This document shows, piece by piece, positions 63,015 through 64,000 of a DNA stretch of 64,000 nucleotides; the first letter of the stretch is position 1; the number at the start of each line of letters is the position of its first letter. Source of the stretch: Okamejei kenojei (taxonomy: Eukaryota); assembly GCA_035221665.1 (NCBI GenBank), contig CM069134.1:32240001-32304000 (forward strand), written 5' to 3'. The translations under genes and the position numbers were made by a program. The notes below the pieces were generated by a model, which had not been told where the DNA came from, made no database searches, and saw only the letters and a program-made list of their open reading frames with translations.

Positions 63015-64000
63015 CCTTGGAGGTAGGTGGGTCTGGTTGCCTCGAAAATATTGCATGTCTAGACTCATCAAGGGTTGGGGGACGGTTGCATTTGTTTCGT
63101 CATGTGTAGAGCACTTTTACCTCTGATCCTTACATACTCGGAAGTGTTCAGGGATAAAAAATTGAATTTGTATACGAACTCCCCATCCCACTTCAGCATA
63201 CACCTAATCGGAAGTTTATACTTTCACAAAAAGAGAGAACAGAAGGCCATGCTGAACTTTTAAGATTAAACACAAAAGGGGTAATTGAGAAGACAAACGG
63301 AGAATCTCAAGAGATCGTATCAAACATTGTTACCAAAAACAAAAAAGACGGCGGATGCCGCATCATTATAGATTTGACCGAACTGAATATTTCCGTTTAG
63401 TTTGCCCATTTCAAAATGGACACGTTTGTCACAGCCAAACAGCTAATCTCTGACAGGTACTACATGGCGTGCATCGACCTAAAGGATGCATACTATTCAG
63501 TACCAATACACAAGGATCATCGTGAATATCTGAAATTTGGCTGGATGGGACAGCTTTGGCAGTATAAGGCCTTACCCAATGGGTTATCACGGCACCCAGG
63601 CTGTTTACCAAATTGTTAAAACCAGCTTTAGCATATTTGAGGAAACATAACCATATTGTTATGGCCTACATATTCTCATTGTAGGGGAAAATTTAGAGTT
63701 GGCTACATTGGCAGTATCAGCCACAAAGCATCTTTTTCAAAAGCTGGGATTTATCATTCATCCAGATAAATCAAAATTGAGACCCTCCACTACCATGGAT
63801 TATTTGGGGTTCACTATCGATTCTGTTCAAATGTCTATCACCTTGCCACCAAACAAAGTGACAGACTTAACGGAAGCATGTAAAAGCCTCACTAGCATCA
63901 GAAATCCATCCATTCGGCAAGTAGCCACAGTGATTGGGAAACTAGTGGCTGCATTTCCAGCAGCACAATTTGGACCACTCCATTACCAAAATCTACAAAG
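63011..64000 (+). pseudogene. DIRS reverse transcriptase, disrupted
   Basis: In-frame stops and frameshifts. At 63661-63680 the expected AY(L/I)DDIL reads atg gcc tac a tatt ctc, so the catalytic DD is lost. Confidence 0.8.

Larger units (their letters stand above)
61581..64000 (+). mobile_element. DIRS-type (tyrosine recombinase order) retrotransposon, 5' part, truncated by the window edge
   Basis: A gag-like ORF1 is followed by a pol frame with VGGRL..F, IIDLTELN, HFKMDT, IDLKDAYYSVPI, LPNGLS, RLFTKLLKP and LGFIIHPDKS..P...MDYLGFTIDS, typical of DIRS RT. It interrupts a LINE 3' tail. The recombinase is not in the window. Confidence 0.85.

Noticed and set aside
52672-64000. Search for LGI exon 3 (LFTSN.FD.I.DDAF.GL.HLEYL-like)
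   Set aside because: Not found by eye; it presumably lies beyond the window, though a diverged 72-nt exon could have been missed.

Overview
This is eukaryotic, repeat-rich vertebrate DNA, almost certainly from a cartilaginous fish and probably a skate or ray, judged from V-SINE/HE1-type tRNA SINEs, CR1/HER1-type LINEs and Penelope-like repeats. Three spliced host genes are recognisable: the 3' end of PTPN2 (TC-PTP, + strand, with both TC48-like and TC45-like terminal exons), a complete FAM210A (- strand, three coding exons plus a non-coding first exon and CpG promoter), and the first two coding exons of an LGI1-like gene (+). Most other sequence is transposon-derived: CR1 LINEs, SINEs, Penelope-like fragments, hAT elements with 8-bp TSDs, foldback and Helitron-like elements, and a DIRS-type retrotransposon running off the right edge. 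The most interesting signals are minimal hammerhead-ribozyme cores in the Penelope-derived repeats, a family of 12-38 bp micro-insertions with 8-bp TSDs, an LGI1-like gene in a non-LGI1 neighbourhood, a PTP1B-like proline-rich motif in PTPN2, and a splice-site cassette in the DIRS leader. All calls are by eye and from memory of the families; no database search was run, and repeat boundaries are approximate unless a TSD is given.
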